A stretch of DNA of 64,000 nucleotides, from positions 26,551 through 90,550 of the IMG/VR virus record IMGVR_UViG_3300044797_000396. One strand, 5' to 3'. A program made the translations under genes and the position numbers. The notes beneath the pieces were generated by a model. That model was not told the DNA's origin, did not search any database, and worked only from the letters and a program-made list of their open reading frames with translations. Each line of letters begins with the position of its first letter. Positions within the stretch are counted from its first letter, which is position 1. Source of the stretch: a virus. Positions 30,290-41,400 of this stretch are shown here, one piece after another.

Positions 30290-30691
30290 ATGAAAGGTAC
30301 AATACTTCTCAGTCATGATGAGGACACCCACCGAATAGAGGAGGAAGAAAAAGCACGTTTTATTCGAGGATTTCTAGAACAATGTTTCGAAGGCGCCCCC
30401 GAAGTAGCTGCCCAAATTAACTCAATTTGGAATGTGGATGGGCCTTTGCCAGCTTCCCAAAAAGTAAAATTGAGAGGCCTTCTCACCACCTTTGGTATCC
30501 AAATTATAGATAATCTTGATGGGCACATGCAGATATATTTAGAAAATGAACTGCAAGCTGAATGGTTCAAGTGTACTTACAAATTGAAAAAAGATCTACG
30601 TGTTATTGATCCACGCAAGCGTATTTACCTTGAAATGGAAGTAAGTTGTTGGAGCGTATTCGATTCACCAGAAGAAAAACAAGAGACCTAA
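30290..30691 (+). CDS. Hypothetical protein
   Basis: 133 aa ORF. Confidence 0.65.
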   Translation: MKGTILLSHDEDTHRIEEEEKARFIRGFLEQCFEGAPEVAAQINSIWNVDGPLPASQKVKLRGLLTTFGIQIIDNLDGHMQIYLENELQAEWFKCTYKLKKDLRVIDPRKRIYLEMEVSCWSVFDSPEEKQET

Positions 30692-31608
30692 TGAGAAAAA
30701 GAAGGCCAAATTTTACTACAGAAAGTTTCGTGCGTGAGTCGATGATAATTCACGGTAATGTTTATGATTATTCTTTAACTAAATTTATGGCAATCAAAAA
30801 ACCTGTTGAAATTATTTGTGATAAACACGGAGTATTTACGCAGAGCCCCGAAGTTCATCTAAGGGGACATGGTTGTTTTAATTGTGGAATAGAAAAAACC
30901 GCCAATCACATTAAAAGTAATTCTCAATCGTTCATCGAAAAATCAATCCAAATACATGGAAATTTATATTTATATGAATTGGTTGATTATTCAAATAACA
31001 ATAAAGCAGTAAAAATAATTTGCAGATCACATGGTGAATTTTCGCAGACTCCAGCCTCACATTTAGTTGGAAGAGGCTGCCCACATTGTGCAAAGGAAAA
31101 AATCAACAAAGATAAGCTGCTCACTCTAGAAGAGTTTGTTGCCAGATCTAAATCTATTCATAATGATAAATACAGTTATGATGAGGTAATTTACCAAACT
31201 GAAGATATTCCGGTAATTATTATATGTAAAGTGCATGGTAAATTTTTACAAACGCCAAGGGTGCATTTACGAGGATCAGGTTGTCGCAAATGTGTAGGAA
31301 CTATCTCTAAAATGGAAACTATGTGGCTTGATAGTCTAAATGTTGATTTAGATAATAGGCAAAAGACCCTGAAAATAGGGGATAAACGTTTTTTAGTAGA
31401 CGCTTATGATCCTACTACAGATACCATTTATGAATTTTATGGTGACTATTGGCATGGTAATCCTGAGGTATATGCTCCACAAAAAATTAACGCAATAAAT
31501 AAAAAGACTTTTGAAGAATTATATTGTAAGACAATTGAGAAAGAAAGCACTCTAAAAAATGCTGGTTATAATGTAATTAGCATTTGGGAAAGCGATTTCA
31601 ATGCCTAA
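30691..31608 (+). CDS. Free-standing endonuclease with three DUF723-like repeats and PD-(D/E)XK-like C-terminus
   Basis: 3x HG..Y.Y...V.IIC..HG.F.Q.P..HL.G.GC..C; VDAYD..YEFYGDYWHG; IWE. Confidence 0.78.
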   Translation: MRKRRPNFTTESFVRESMIIHGNVYDYSLTKFMAIKKPVEIICDKHGVFTQSPEVHLRGHGCFNCGIEKTANHIKSNSQSFIEKSIQIHGNLYLYELVDYSNNNKAVKIICRSHGEFSQTPASHLVGRGCPHCAKEKINKDKLLTLEEFVARSKSIHNDKYSYDEVIYQTEDIPVIIICKVHGKFLQTPRVHLRGSGCRKCVGTISKMETMWLDSLNVDLDNRQKTLKIGDKRFLVDAYDPTTDTIYEFYGDYWHGNPEVYAPQKINAINKKTFEELYCKTIEKESTLKNAGYNVISIWESDFNA

Positions 31609-32911
31609 AACTTATGTTCTTGATACTAGTGTTCTTATTTATGATCCTGCTGCGTGGAGATGCTTTCCGAATGCTATGTGTTTGGTGCCCATTGCCGTCC
31701 TTAATGAACTAGACAATCTGAAAAAAGGCCCTGCGGAAGCTGGTAAAAATGCCAGAGTAGCCATTAGATTGCTAGATGATATTTGCGACCAAGGCGATAT
31801 CAGCACTGGTATATTGTTAGACAATGATATTCTACTTAAAATAGATGCTACTTACCGTAATTGTGCCTTGCCGCCCTATGATGGATTAGGCGATGCTACT
31901 TACGGCGATACGCACATTTTAGCCTGTCTTTGTGAAACTTGGCACAACCATCCCGAACGTGATGTTACCTTGGTTAGTAACGATATCAATTTGCGTGTTA
32001 AGGCCAAGTCTCGTGGTATTGATGCAGAAGCTCACGAAGGAAAAAGATATTCTCTTAGTGATTTATATGCTGGCAATCAAATTGTTGTCCATGAAGATGC
32101 CGGTATGGATTTACAACAAAATGGCTTCATTGATCCGAGAGTGTACGGCCTAAATCTAGCGCCTCATGAGTGCGTGCTGTTTCAAGCCGACAATGGCGAT
32201 GGCATTACTATGGGCCGTCAAGTAGCCCCGGATAAAGTCAAAGTGGTTCGCAAGCAATACCCTTGGGATCTTGCTAGTCGTAACAAAGAACAAAGCTACG
32301 CTATTGATTTAATTATGGATAAAAATATCGACTTGGTAACCCTTATTGGTCAAGCTGGTACTGGCAAAAGCTTAATAGTATTAGCCTGTGCCTTGGAATT
32401 GGTTTTAAGTCGTAAAGAATATGATAAATTTATTATCTATCGCCCTATTCAGCCAGTAGGTAATGATATTGGTTATTTGCCAGGCACTATGGAAGAGAAA
32501 TTAGCTCCTTGGTTTGGTGCTATTATGGATAATTTTGAGCTTCTTTTCTCTAATAAAAATAATGGAGATTGGAAGAGGGAATTAGAAATGTATCAAAAGA
32601 AAGGCAAGATTGAAATGGAGGCTATTACCTACATCAGAGGTCGTAGTATTCCTAATACTATTATTTTGGTAGATGAATGTCAAAACCTCAGTAAGGGAGA
32701 AGTGAAAACTATTCTCACTCGTGCCGGAGAAAATACTAAAATAATTTTGACGGGAGACCTAGATCAAATTGACAATTCTGGGCTGGATGCTGTTAACAAT
32801 GGGCTAACTAATGTTATAGAGAAGTTTAGAACCTCTGAGTTGGCCGGTCATATTACCTTCACTCAGGGAGAACGTAGTAAGTTGGCTTCCAAAGCCGCCG
32901 AGATTTTGTAA
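31601..32911 (+). CDS. phoH: PhoH-like ATPase with N-terminal PIN domain
   Basis: YVLDTSVL, ELD.LK, VSNDINLR; GQAGTGKS, GYLPG, RGRS, DECQN, GDLDQID. Confidence 0.92.
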   Translation: MPKTYVLDTSVLIYDPAAWRCFPNAMCLVPIAVLNELDNLKKGPAEAGKNARVAIRLLDDICDQGDISTGILLDNDILLKIDATYRNCALPPYDGLGDATYGDTHILACLCETWHNHPERDVTLVSNDINLRVKAKSRGIDAEAHEGKRYSLSDLYAGNQIVVHEDAGMDLQQNGFIDPRVYGLNLAPHECVLFQADNGDGITMGRQVAPDKVKVVRKQYPWDLASRNKEQSYAIDLIMDKNIDLVTLIGQAGTGKSLIVLACALELVLSRKEYDKFIIYRPIQPVGNDIGYLPGTMEEKLAPWFGAIMDNFELLFSNKNNGDWKRELEMYQKKGKIEMEAITYIRGRSIPNTIILVDECQNLSKGEVKTILTRAGENTKIILTGDLDQIDNSGLDAVNNGLTNVIEKFRTSELAGHITFTQGERSKLASKAAEIL

Positions 32912-32920
32912 GGAGTTTTC

Positions 32921-33307
32921 ATGTCCAAAGATAAAAAACGTAATCCGCAGCCAGTGGTCCCAGGAGTAGCTGTAACCCCTGATGCTGCCCCAGTTGTTGA
33001 TAATGTTCCACCACCAGTAGTTGTGCCAGTTCCCGCCGTGGTAGCTCCTGTTCCAGTGGCACCACCCACCCCAAAGTTGATGGATGTGGATAAGATGGCT
33101 TTGGATTTGGCCAAAGAGCGCAGACAAACTGCCTTGGCAGAGGCTAAGACTGCTTTGGCTAAGAACGAGAATGCCGAGCTTGGTTTCAAGTATATTGTTC
33201 TACAACTATATATGAAATATGGGCTTTCTTCTTCCGACGCTATCGGAGAAGATGGAACGATTGTTATTGGTGGGGCTGCTCAGGTAGCTCAGCAACAAGG
33301 CCAGTAA
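32921..33307 (+). CDS. Hypothetical protein, Pro/Val-rich N-terminus
   Basis: AAGGAG SD, 128 aa. Confidence 0.65.
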   Translation: MSKDKKRNPQPVVPGVAVTPDAAPVVDNVPPPVVVPVPAVVAPVPVAPPTPKLMDVDKMALDLAKERRQTALAEAKTALAKNENAELGFKYIVLQLYMKYGLSSSDAIGEDGTIVIGGAAQVAQQQGQ

Positions 33308-33564
33308 TGGAGTTCGCTGATCTCTCCCTTACTGATTTAATTGCCATTAGGCAGTATGTGGTCAATTCCACGGCCTTACCCGCTATTGACAGAAAAACGG
33401 TCAACGAGCTCAATGGTATTCTTTTGCTTTTGGACGAAAAAATTATCAGTATCTTGACAGGCCCCGCCTTCAAGGCTTACATTGGCTATGCGGATGTCCA
33501 AGAAGCTAAATTGAGGGCTGCTAATATTACTAATATTTATTCTGGAATTAAAGGAAGAAAGTAA
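33307..33564 (+). CDS. Hypothetical protein
   Basis: TAATG overlap, 85 aa. Confidence 0.65.
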   Translation: MEFADLSLTDLIAIRQYVVNSTALPAIDRKTVNELNGILLLLDEKIISILTGPAFKAYIGYADVQEAKLRAANITNIYSGIKGRK

Positions 33565-33573
33565 GTCAAAACC

Positions 33574-34383
33574 ATGAGAACGAACATTCCCAAAGGATCG
33601 TTCAGCGATAATAATTTAGTGCGTCTCAAAAATGAAGATTGGTTGCAAAAACAAAGGGTTGCTGGCAAAATTGCTGCTAGCGCCCTTTTGCTATTGGACA
33701 ACGAAGTCAAGCAAGGTACCACTAAAACATTATTAGAGTTGGACAAATTAGCAGAAACTTACATTAGAGATAATGGTGGTATACCTACTTTTTTGATGTA
33801 TAAAGGATTTCCCAATTCTGTTTGTGTAAGCGTGAATAAACAATTAGTTCACGGTATACCTACCGATTATGTTTTGCAAGAAGGGGACATAGTTAGTTTT
33901 GATCTAGGAGTGACGGTTGAAGGAGGAGCTATTGCCGATACTGCTATTACTTGCCTTTTTGGTAAGCCTAAATCAGAAAAACATATTCAGTTAATCAAAG
34001 ATACAGAAGAAGCCTTGATGCGTGGTATTCGAGCTATTAAGGTGGGCGATAGGCTAGGTGTTATTGGAGAGGCTATTTATAAATATAGCCGTAAACATAA
34101 TTATGGGGTCATCAATAATTATGGTGGTCATGGCTTAGATTGGAATATTCCGCACGCCTCGCCATTTGTGGAAAACAAATCAGATCATACCAAGGGAATG
34201 AGAATTCAACCAGGACTTACCATAGCCATCGAACCAATGTTTACCTTAGGTTCTACCACCACTACCACCGCCGAGGATGGTTGGACGGTGGTAACGCCCG
34301 ATCTGAGTGCGCACTTTGAGCATTCTATTTTTGTCCACGACACTCATGTAGAGATTATTACTGATAGGAGTAATTTGTGCTAA
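33574..34383 (+). CDS. map: Methionine aminopeptidase type I
   Basis: YKGFP.SVC.SVN..VHGIP, DIVSFD, DTA, GHG, IEPM, DGWT, SAHFEH. Confidence 0.93.
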   Translation: MRTNIPKGSFSDNNLVRLKNEDWLQKQRVAGKIAASALLLLDNEVKQGTTKTLLELDKLAETYIRDNGGIPTFLMYKGFPNSVCVSVNKQLVHGIPTDYVLQEGDIVSFDLGVTVEGGAIADTAITCLFGKPKSEKHIQLIKDTEEALMRGIRAIKVGDRLGVIGEAIYKYSRKHNYGVINNYGGHGLDWNIPHASPFVENKSDHTKGMRIQPGLTIAIEPMFTLGSTTTTTAEDGWTVVTPDLSAHFEHSIFVHDTHVEIITDRSNLC

Positions 34384-34634
34384 CTATTCGAGATTGTAAT
34401 ATAAGTATGAGCGCGGCTCGCCAAGATCCTCTGATCTCTGAAGAAGACAATGGTGATATTATTCTAGATAAACTTATAATTCACGATCTGGATTACGTTA
34501 TACGGCTAGAACAAGAATTCGGTGTCAAACTAAAGTTCAAGCTAATGTTGGCGGTGGATGAGCCGGGCGGTCCCACTGGCTATTATGATGAAAATGATAT
34601 TCGCAAGGTATTAAGCAACAAGGCGTTTTGGTGA
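34377..34634 (+). CDS. Hypothetical protein with C-terminal tag (KVLSNKAFW)
   Basis: 85 aa, shared motif. Confidence 0.65.
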   Translation: MLTIRDCNISMSAARQDPLISEEDNGDIILDKLIIHDLDYVIRLEQEFGVKLKFKLMLAVDEPGGPTGYYDENDIRKVLSNKAFW

Positions 34635-34638
34635 TTAA

Positions 34639-34854
34639 ATGAGTGTCGTAATCGCAGATGTAGCTGATAGTAATATCCTTCTAATTGCTGATGGTATTTC
34701 CAAAGGAATATCAGAGAAAGAAATAATTGAGGCGTATATTATCGTTGGGTTCGGGATGGCGGATATTACACTATTATTAGCGGCCGCAAAATTACTATGC
34801 ACGGATCGTAAAAACGTTCAACCCACCAAAAAATTATTTAAGAGGGTAGTATGA
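34639..34854 (+). CDS. Small hypothetical protein
   Basis: 71 aa in operon. Confidence 0.55.
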   Translation: MSVVIADVADSNILLIADGISKGISEKEIIEAYIIVGFGMADITLLLAAAKLLCTDRKNVQPTKKLFKRVV

Positions 34855-35027
34855 AAATAATTTTCGAGGATAAATCATTTGTGGAGTGCGCCAAATCCAA
34901 TACCCCTGGCAAAGTAGTTATTACTATTAGTGCGAAAGATGGCACAGACCCCCTTAAAAAAATTATCAATGCCGTAGAGATTACCGAAAAAGAATTCCAA
35001 AGACTGATTAGCGATGTCCAAGCCTAA
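34851..35027 (+). CDS. Small hypothetical protein (not in ORF track)
   Basis: ATGA overlap, GAGGG SD, MKIIFEDKSFVEC...DVQA*, 58 aa. Confidence 0.6.
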   Translation: MKIIFEDKSFVECAKSNTPGKVVITISAKDGTDPLKKIINAVEITEKEFQRLISDVQA

Positions 35028-35283
35028 AAACTCAATCTGCCCAATGTGCAAAGAATGGATGATTGATTGGGCAGATGGTAGCCAGTGTGGACAGTGTGGT
35101 ATTGTATATTGGTCAGCATCAAGCATTGAAGCTCAAATAGGCATTAGGTCTTCCAATACAAAATCGGAATGGTCGCAGATACCTTTACCTGTCGATCAGC
35201 CATATTATTATTTTATAGAGCACGAAAAATTTTATACCGTCTCAGAGATGGAAAGATTATGTCGTCTGAAAGCATTCCTATGA
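35014..35283 (+). CDS. Zinc-finger hypothetical protein with C-terminal tag (RLCRLKAFL)
   Basis: CPMC..CGQC; paralog of next gene. Confidence 0.7.
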   Translation: MSKPKNSICPMCKEWMIDWADGSQCGQCGIVYWSASSIEAQIGIRSSNTKSEWSQIPLPVDQPYYYFIEHEKFYTVSEMERLCRLKAFL

Positions 35284-35534
35284 ACCATATCTGCCCTATG
35301 TGTAAGCAAGAAATGGATGTGGCCGGTCGATGTATGAAATGTGATATCATATACTGGTCACTTGAAGAGCTGGAAGAATTACAAAGTAAAAATGGTGATA
35401 TCTTTGCTACTGAGCCGTGGTCAAAAATACGTCTCAATCCCATCGATCAATCATATTATTATTTTTTTAAACACGGAAAATTTTATACCGTTCCAGAAAT
35501 GGAACGTCTTACAAAATTGAAGGCATTTCTATGA
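35280..35534 (+). CDS. Zinc-finger hypothetical protein with C-terminal tag (RLTKLKAFL)
   Basis: ICPMCK..CMKC; ATGA overlap start; shares WS.I.L..DQ.YYYF..H.KFYTV.EMERL. Confidence 0.7.
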   Translation: MNHICPMCKQEMDVAGRCMKCDIIYWSLEELEELQSKNGDIFATEPWSKIRLNPIDQSYYYFFKHGKFYTVPEMERLTKLKAFL

Positions 35535-36082
35535 AAGTTTATTTTATTGGATCTCACGCAACAGGAAAAAGTACACTTGCTAGGTATACTTCCCAGAAAT
35601 ACAATCTCCCTATGATTTCCGAAACTGCCAGAGCAATTCTCTCGGAGCAGGAGATGCAAATAGACACTTTACGATACGATCTAGATACGGCGGATAAATA
35701 TCAACAACAAGTTTTCGATCGTCAAATATCAGAAGAACAGAAACACTCTTCTTTTGTATCCGATCGTAGTGTGATAGATATTCTTGCTTATTCGGGACAA
35801 CACGCCCGTATTTTACCCCAGTTGATGCGGGCATCGGAGTTGGAGCCCTACTTGTCAATTTTACGCGAGCCAGGCTCATTTATTTTCTTCGTCAAACCTT
35901 CTAAGGCCACTCTGAAAGCTGACGGAGTACGAGAGAGCCTAAATTGGGACGGAGTGGTGGCCATCGATGCCATGTGCAAATTTATGCTCAATATGTGGAA
36001 TTTGCCGCATTTCCAAATTAATATGGATAATATGCAAGAGCGTGTTAGATTGATCGACTCCGTTCTTCGACCTAAATCCTAA
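35531..36082 (+). CDS. P-loop NTPase, NadR/AAA_28 or nucleotide-kinase-like
   Basis: GSHATGKSTL, E.AR, SDRS.ID..AY. Confidence 0.7.
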   Translation: MKVYFIGSHATGKSTLARYTSQKYNLPMISETARAILSEQEMQIDTLRYDLDTADKYQQQVFDRQISEEQKHSSFVSDRSVIDILAYSGQHARILPQLMRASELEPYLSILREPGSFIFFVKPSKATLKADGVRESLNWDGVVAIDAMCKFMLNMWNLPHFQINMDNMQERVRLIDSVLRPKS

Positions 36083-36112
36083 CCCGAAATAGCCATATTA
36101 CGATATAGTCGT

Positions 36113-38416
36113 ATGGCAAACGTAATAACCCCAGGTTTCATTTTTTGGGATGGTTTTAAGTATATCACTACTCCCGTTGTCCCACCAGGTGGTAATAGTA
36201 TCACTACTTTGGATGGAGATGTGCTTGCTGCTGGCCCAGGCCCAGCCGAAGCCACTGTGGTGGGCATTAGAGACATTACAGTGCCCGTCCCCTCTAGTAA
36301 CTTTACCGTTCTACAATATAATAACGGGGCTTATTCTTGGGCTGCCGTGGGCGCTAGTGGTATCACCGCCCTAACAGGGGATGTTAGTGCATCCGGTTCA
36401 GGTTCGGTTGCTGCTGTCGTGGAAGGCCTGAAAAACATTGCTGTGCCCACACCGTCCGGCACCAATACAGTCCTACAATACAATAGCGGAGCTTATTCTT
36501 GGGCTACCGTGACCCTTGCGCCAGGAACTCCTGGCCAAGTGCTAATGACCAATGGTAGTTCGGCCACTACCTGGACCACATTATCAGGAGATGTGACGGT
36601 CAGTGCTACGGGCGTTACCACGGTCGGCAAAATACAGGGCGTAACTATTTCTGGCACCCCTTCTGCTGGTGAAGTGTTAGTTGCTACCTCTTCTACCGCA
36701 GCTGATTGGGCCATTATCAGTCGTGCCTATAGTAATGTTCTCTATGTTTCTCAAACTGGAAACGACACTACGGGCAATGGTTCGTTCAACCTTCCGTTTG
36801 CCACCTATAGTAAGGCGTCAACCGTCGCCACTACAGGCGGGGCTACCGCTGGCAATCTGTATTGCGTCTTTTTTGGTCCGGGATCTTACTCAGAAAACAT
36901 CGTCTTAGCTCCGTGGGTAGATCTTTGCGGAATGGACAATGGAGAATCCACCATTCTTAGCGGAAACATGAACATCTCTTCTGCTTGGTCTGGTATCTCT
37001 GGATTTACCGCTATTGTCTCTAATTGTGATGTAGGAGGAACTGTTGATATCGATGCTCTGGCATTCAGCGCTGGCGGAAATTCTAGCATACAGTTTGGCA
37101 ATTGCTACATCGAATGTCCAGGCAATTTCAGCGCAAAGGGCTGGGGACCAACTCCTGGTGCGGGATCTGAATTTCAGATTCTCATTTTTAACAGCACTGT
37201 TGATTGTCATGTGACAGTCAGCGACATTTTGTTGGTTCTCCTTAACGCCGATTTCTACGATGATGGGCGAACATTCCTTGCCATGACCGCTCCCACTTAT
37301 GGAGGAACACTAGATAGCCTTGGTGGTGGAATTGGCTGTGACGTTACTGTTGATGGCTATTCTGGAAATACTATGTCTGTGGCTTTGACGGGCACCAGTG
37401 TTAGCGGACTACTCACTCTCAATGGCACGTTGGCTACCTATACCTCTACGCTATCAGGTGTTCCTGGTGGAGGAGTTACTTTCTTAGGTGGAGCTTCAAC
37501 TTCTCAGTATGTGATTAATGGAGAGCTACCGGTCGCTAATCTATCCACTGGCACCAACGGAGAAGTTCTGACTATGGTTTCTGGTACTCCTGCTTGGGCT
37601 GCTTCAGGTGGCGGTGGTGGGGGAGCTACTTATCCGCCTGTTTCTGTGGCGGTTCCAACAGCCGCTGGTAATTTAACTTTAGCACTACAGGCTAATGGGG
37701 TTCTCAGCTTAGCCGAAGGTAATAATACCGTTATTATGTGGGATAACGCTGCCAGACCCGGTTATTATTTTACTCCGGATAGCACTACGTATGGTAATAC
37801 TAGTCTCTACAACTCTAGCAACGCTAGTGTTGGCAATAATCCCACGATCGATTTTACTTCCCTTGGTGATGCGTCGCAAGGTTGTTTTGAGGTGGGTGTC
37901 AATGTCAATAGCATTCTTTCTACTATAGATAATTTCATTCAAGTTAATCAGTGGACTTTGGGTGCTGCATGCTTGTTTACTGGTACTAATGGCCTCGACA
38001 TTCCTGATAATGCCTCGCCATCTATTATAACCACGCCAAACAATTTTGGTCCTGGTTTAGTGTGTGGGTATTCCGGAGGTGATGTTATTTTTGCTGTTTG
38101 GTATCAAGATTCTACCAGCACTTTACGATCGGTAGAAAGTGCCCCTGTCAATGCAGCTGTACCGCATTATGTGATTGCTACCTTTGTTAGTGGTATTCTT
38201 AGCATTTATGTTGATGGAGTCGGTCCTGTTACTTCTGGGCCTAACACTTTACCATCTTTTTTTAACTTTAAAGGTCACAACATTACAGTAGCCTCTAATG
38301 GTATTAGTCAACTTACTGAATTTGTAGGCAGTTTAGTAGAGGTAGATGTTTGGAATCGCGCCCTCACTAGCCCAGAAATAGGAAAACTAAATACCTATTA
38401 CGCTTCTCTAATCTAA
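36113..38416 (+). CDS. Tail fibre/spike-like protein with C-terminal LamG-like domain
   Basis: G/S/T-rich L.GDV repeats, LYVSQTGND..GNGS..LPFAT motif, IYVDG...VWNRALT..EI. Confidence 0.7.
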   Translation: MANVITPGFIFWDGFKYITTPVVPPGGNSITTLDGDVLAAGPGPAEATVVGIRDITVPVPSSNFTVLQYNNGAYSWAAVGASGITALTGDVSASGSGSVAAVVEGLKNIAVPTPSGTNTVLQYNSGAYSWATVTLAPGTPGQVLMTNGSSATTWTTLSGDVTVSATGVTTVGKIQGVTISGTPSAGEVLVATSSTAADWAIISRAYSNVLYVSQTGNDTTGNGSFNLPFATYSKASTVATTGGATAGNLYCVFFGPGSYSENIVLAPWVDLCGMDNGESTILSGNMNISSAWSGISGFTAIVSNCDVGGTVDIDALAFSAGGNSSIQFGNCYIECPGNFSAKGWGPTPGAGSEFQILIFNSTVDCHVTVSDILLVLLNADFYDDGRTFLAMTAPTYGGTLDSLGGGIGCDVTVDGYSGNTMSVALTGTSVSGLLTLNGTLATYTSTLSGVPGGGVTFLGGASTSQYVINGELPVANLSTGTNGEVLTMVSGTPAWAASGGGGGGATYPPVSVAVPTAAGNLTLALQANGVLSLAEGNNTVIMWDNAARPGYYFTPDSTTYGNTSLYNSSNASVGNNPTIDFTSLGDASQGCFEVGVNVNSILSTIDNFIQVNQWTLGAACLFTGTNGLDIPDNASPSIITTPNNFGPGLVCGYSGGDVIFAVWYQDSTSTLRSVESAPVNAAVPHYVIATFVSGILSIYVDGVGPVTSGPNTLPSFFNFKGHNITVASNGISQLTEFVGSLVEVDVWNRALTSPEIGKLNTYYASLI

Positions 38417-38497
38417 CTGCTTCACAGAAGCTACGCTTCATCTTGTGGTAAGTCATAGATACCGTAGCCAATCCACGGTATATTTTGATATTTAGGC

Positions 38498-41400
38498 ATG
38501 ACCACCACGTATCCCGGCGCTATAGATAATTCACAAAGTTTACCGTCTGTTGTCGATTTGCTAACGCCCGTTCAAGCCGATGTTTTCAATCGATTGCGAG
38601 ATGCCGTTATCGCCATTGAAGCTGCTTTGGGTGTAGAGCCACAAGGTGTGTATGGTACCACCGCGGCTCGTCTTGGTAACCTGGAAAACATCACTGGAAA
38701 TCTGCAAGTTATCTCTCTTCGACAAGATCTTGGTGGCACCTTAGGTGCACCTTTTGTAGTGGGTTTGCAAGGTCGACCTCTTTCCACCAGCGCCCCAACT
38801 GCGGGTGAAGTATTGACGTGGAACGGTATTGCCTGGCTTCCTCTCCCTTCTTCTGGTGGAGGCGCCGGTAATTTCACCGCAGGAGGAGATCTCTCTGGTT
38901 CTGCTTCTTTCCAAACCGTAGTGGGTTTGCAAGATAGGCCTATTTCCTCGGCCTCCCCTAGCACTAATCAGGTGTTAGGATGGAACGGAACTTTTTGGAT
39001 TCCAACCAGCCTACCTTCTAGCCTACCTCCTACCGGAGCAGCGGGCGGTAATCTCAGTGGCTCCTATCCTAATCCGGTAGTGGTAGCCCTCCAAAATAAT
39101 CCGGTATCAGCCACTTCCCCTACCACTGGACAAGTGCTAGAGTGGAACGGTTCAGTTTGGATTCCAGCTAACGTTAGCGGCTCCTTCTCTGCTGGCGGTG
39201 ATTTGAGTGGTACCTCTACTAACCAAACTGTCATTGGTATTCAAGGCGTGGCTATCACATCTTCCGCCCCTTCTTCTAATCAAGTGTTGGTGGCCAGTAG
39301 CCCCACTACCGGTATTTGGCAGCAAGTAGCAGACGCTCAAGTTTCTGCTTCTGCCGCTATCCAGGGCACCAAGATTAGTCCCAACTTTGGTTCTCAAAAT
39401 ATCCTCACTACAGGAACCCTCACTGCTGCGGGATCTACTTTAGGATCAACCGTGGTATCCGCTTTACAAGATACCGCTTTCGGCACCGCTGGTGTGGTGC
39501 ATAATGATGCTTCTGGTAATTTTACTAGCTCACTTATTGTCAATGCAGATGTCAGCTCTTCTGCTGCGGTTACCGTTAGCAAATTAGCGGCTGGTACTTC
39601 TGCTCAAGTATTGCTCAACAACGCAACACCAACTCCAACTTGGACCACACTCTCTGGGGACGTGACAGTTAGTTCGGGCGGTATTACTCACGTTGGTCAG
39701 TTGCAAGGAACCATCGTACTATCAGGTACGCCTTCTACCGGTCAAGTTCTAACAGCCACTTCCGCTACTGCGGCTGATTGGGTTACCCCAGCTAGTGGTA
39801 GCTTCTCAGCTGGTGGTGATTTAAGTGGCACCTCTGTCAATCAAACGGTTGTTCATATTACCGGGACCAGCTTACTCATACCATTTGCCGCTACTATTGA
39901 GGGAGATTCCACTTATAACTCCAACGCAGGTTATCCAATCTCTTATAGTGTGGCTAATGTGGTTATGCCGTCCGATGCTAACCTAACGCTGTCTAACACA
40001 CAACTTATTTCTCCTATTCTGCGTATCACTTCTACTCCGTCTTTGACAGCCACTCGTAGTATTATTCTACCAATTACTGTGACGGGTGCTAAGTATGATG
40101 TCTATAACGGTACCACGGGCGGACAGAGCTTGCTCTTTATCGGATCTTCTGGTACAGGAGTAACGGTGCCCAATGGTCTCAAGACCAGCATTTATTTTGA
40201 TGGCACTAATTATGTGACGGGTGCTATTATCGTAGGTGGTGATTTGACCGCTACTACGAACGTTTCTCAAACGGTAGCCAGCATTCAAGGCGTAGCTATT
40301 TCTGGCACTCCTTCTACTGGTTATGTATTGACAGCCACTGGTTCTGCTGCGGCTACTTGGCAAGTAGCTTCTGGCGGCTTTACTGCCGGTGGAGATTTGT
40401 CAGGAAGCAGTACCAATCAAACGGTTATTGGTATTCAAGCAGTTAGTGTTTCTTCAACTGCTCCAACCACCGGTCAAGTTTTGGAAGCCACTTCTTCCAG
40501 TGCCGCTTCTTGGACTTCTTTGCCAACCTCCTATCCTCCTAGCGGTTCTGCGGGTGGTGATCTGTCTGGCACTTATCCTAATCCAGGTGTAGCCAATATC
40601 CACGGAGCTTCTGTCCCTGCTTCTGGTAGTTTGATCACTGGTAATGTTTTGCAAGTGTCAGGAAGTGCCGCTCTCACTTACGCTCCCATTAATTTGGCAG
40701 GTGGTTCTAATTATGTGACGGGCACCTTGCCTTCCACTAACTTGCCAGTCGCTACTACCAGCGCCTTGGGTATCATTGAATTGACTGGAGACTTGGGTGG
40801 TACCGATACCTCTCCTTCTGTTTTGGCTATCCACGGTACCACGGTTCCTGCTACCCCAACTGCTGGACAAACTTTAGTAGCTACTTCAGGTACCACTGCT
40901 ACTTGGGAACTCTTGCCAGTTGCCAGCTTATCTCCTGGCTCTAGCACACAAATTTTATTGATGGACAGCTCTACTCCAACCTGGACCACCCTCTCGCAAG
41001 ATTTATCTTTGGGCGCGACAGGAGTGGCTATAGTTCAGTCCATTCAACAAGGTACTATTACCTGTACCGTTAATGCGGGAGCTTTTGAATGGTGGACAGG
41101 GGCTTCTACACCCGGTCTTTCCCAAGTCAGCACTTCTTCTGGCTCTGGCTCTAACTTTGTTATTCAAGCACAAGGTGCTACTGGTGCCTCCAACAATGGA
41201 GGGGAGCTTATTCTTTCTTCTGGTACTTCTGGTTCTGCCACCGTTGGAACCTTACTTTTGCAAACGGGAGGTACTACCCAAGCTACCATTACTCCAACTT
41301 CTGTTACCCTAGCCTCTTTGGCTGGTAGCGGTGCAGGCTATGTGGCAGTCAGCAATACTGGTCTTTTGTCTTGGTCTGCTGGTCCTGGTGGTGTTACTTG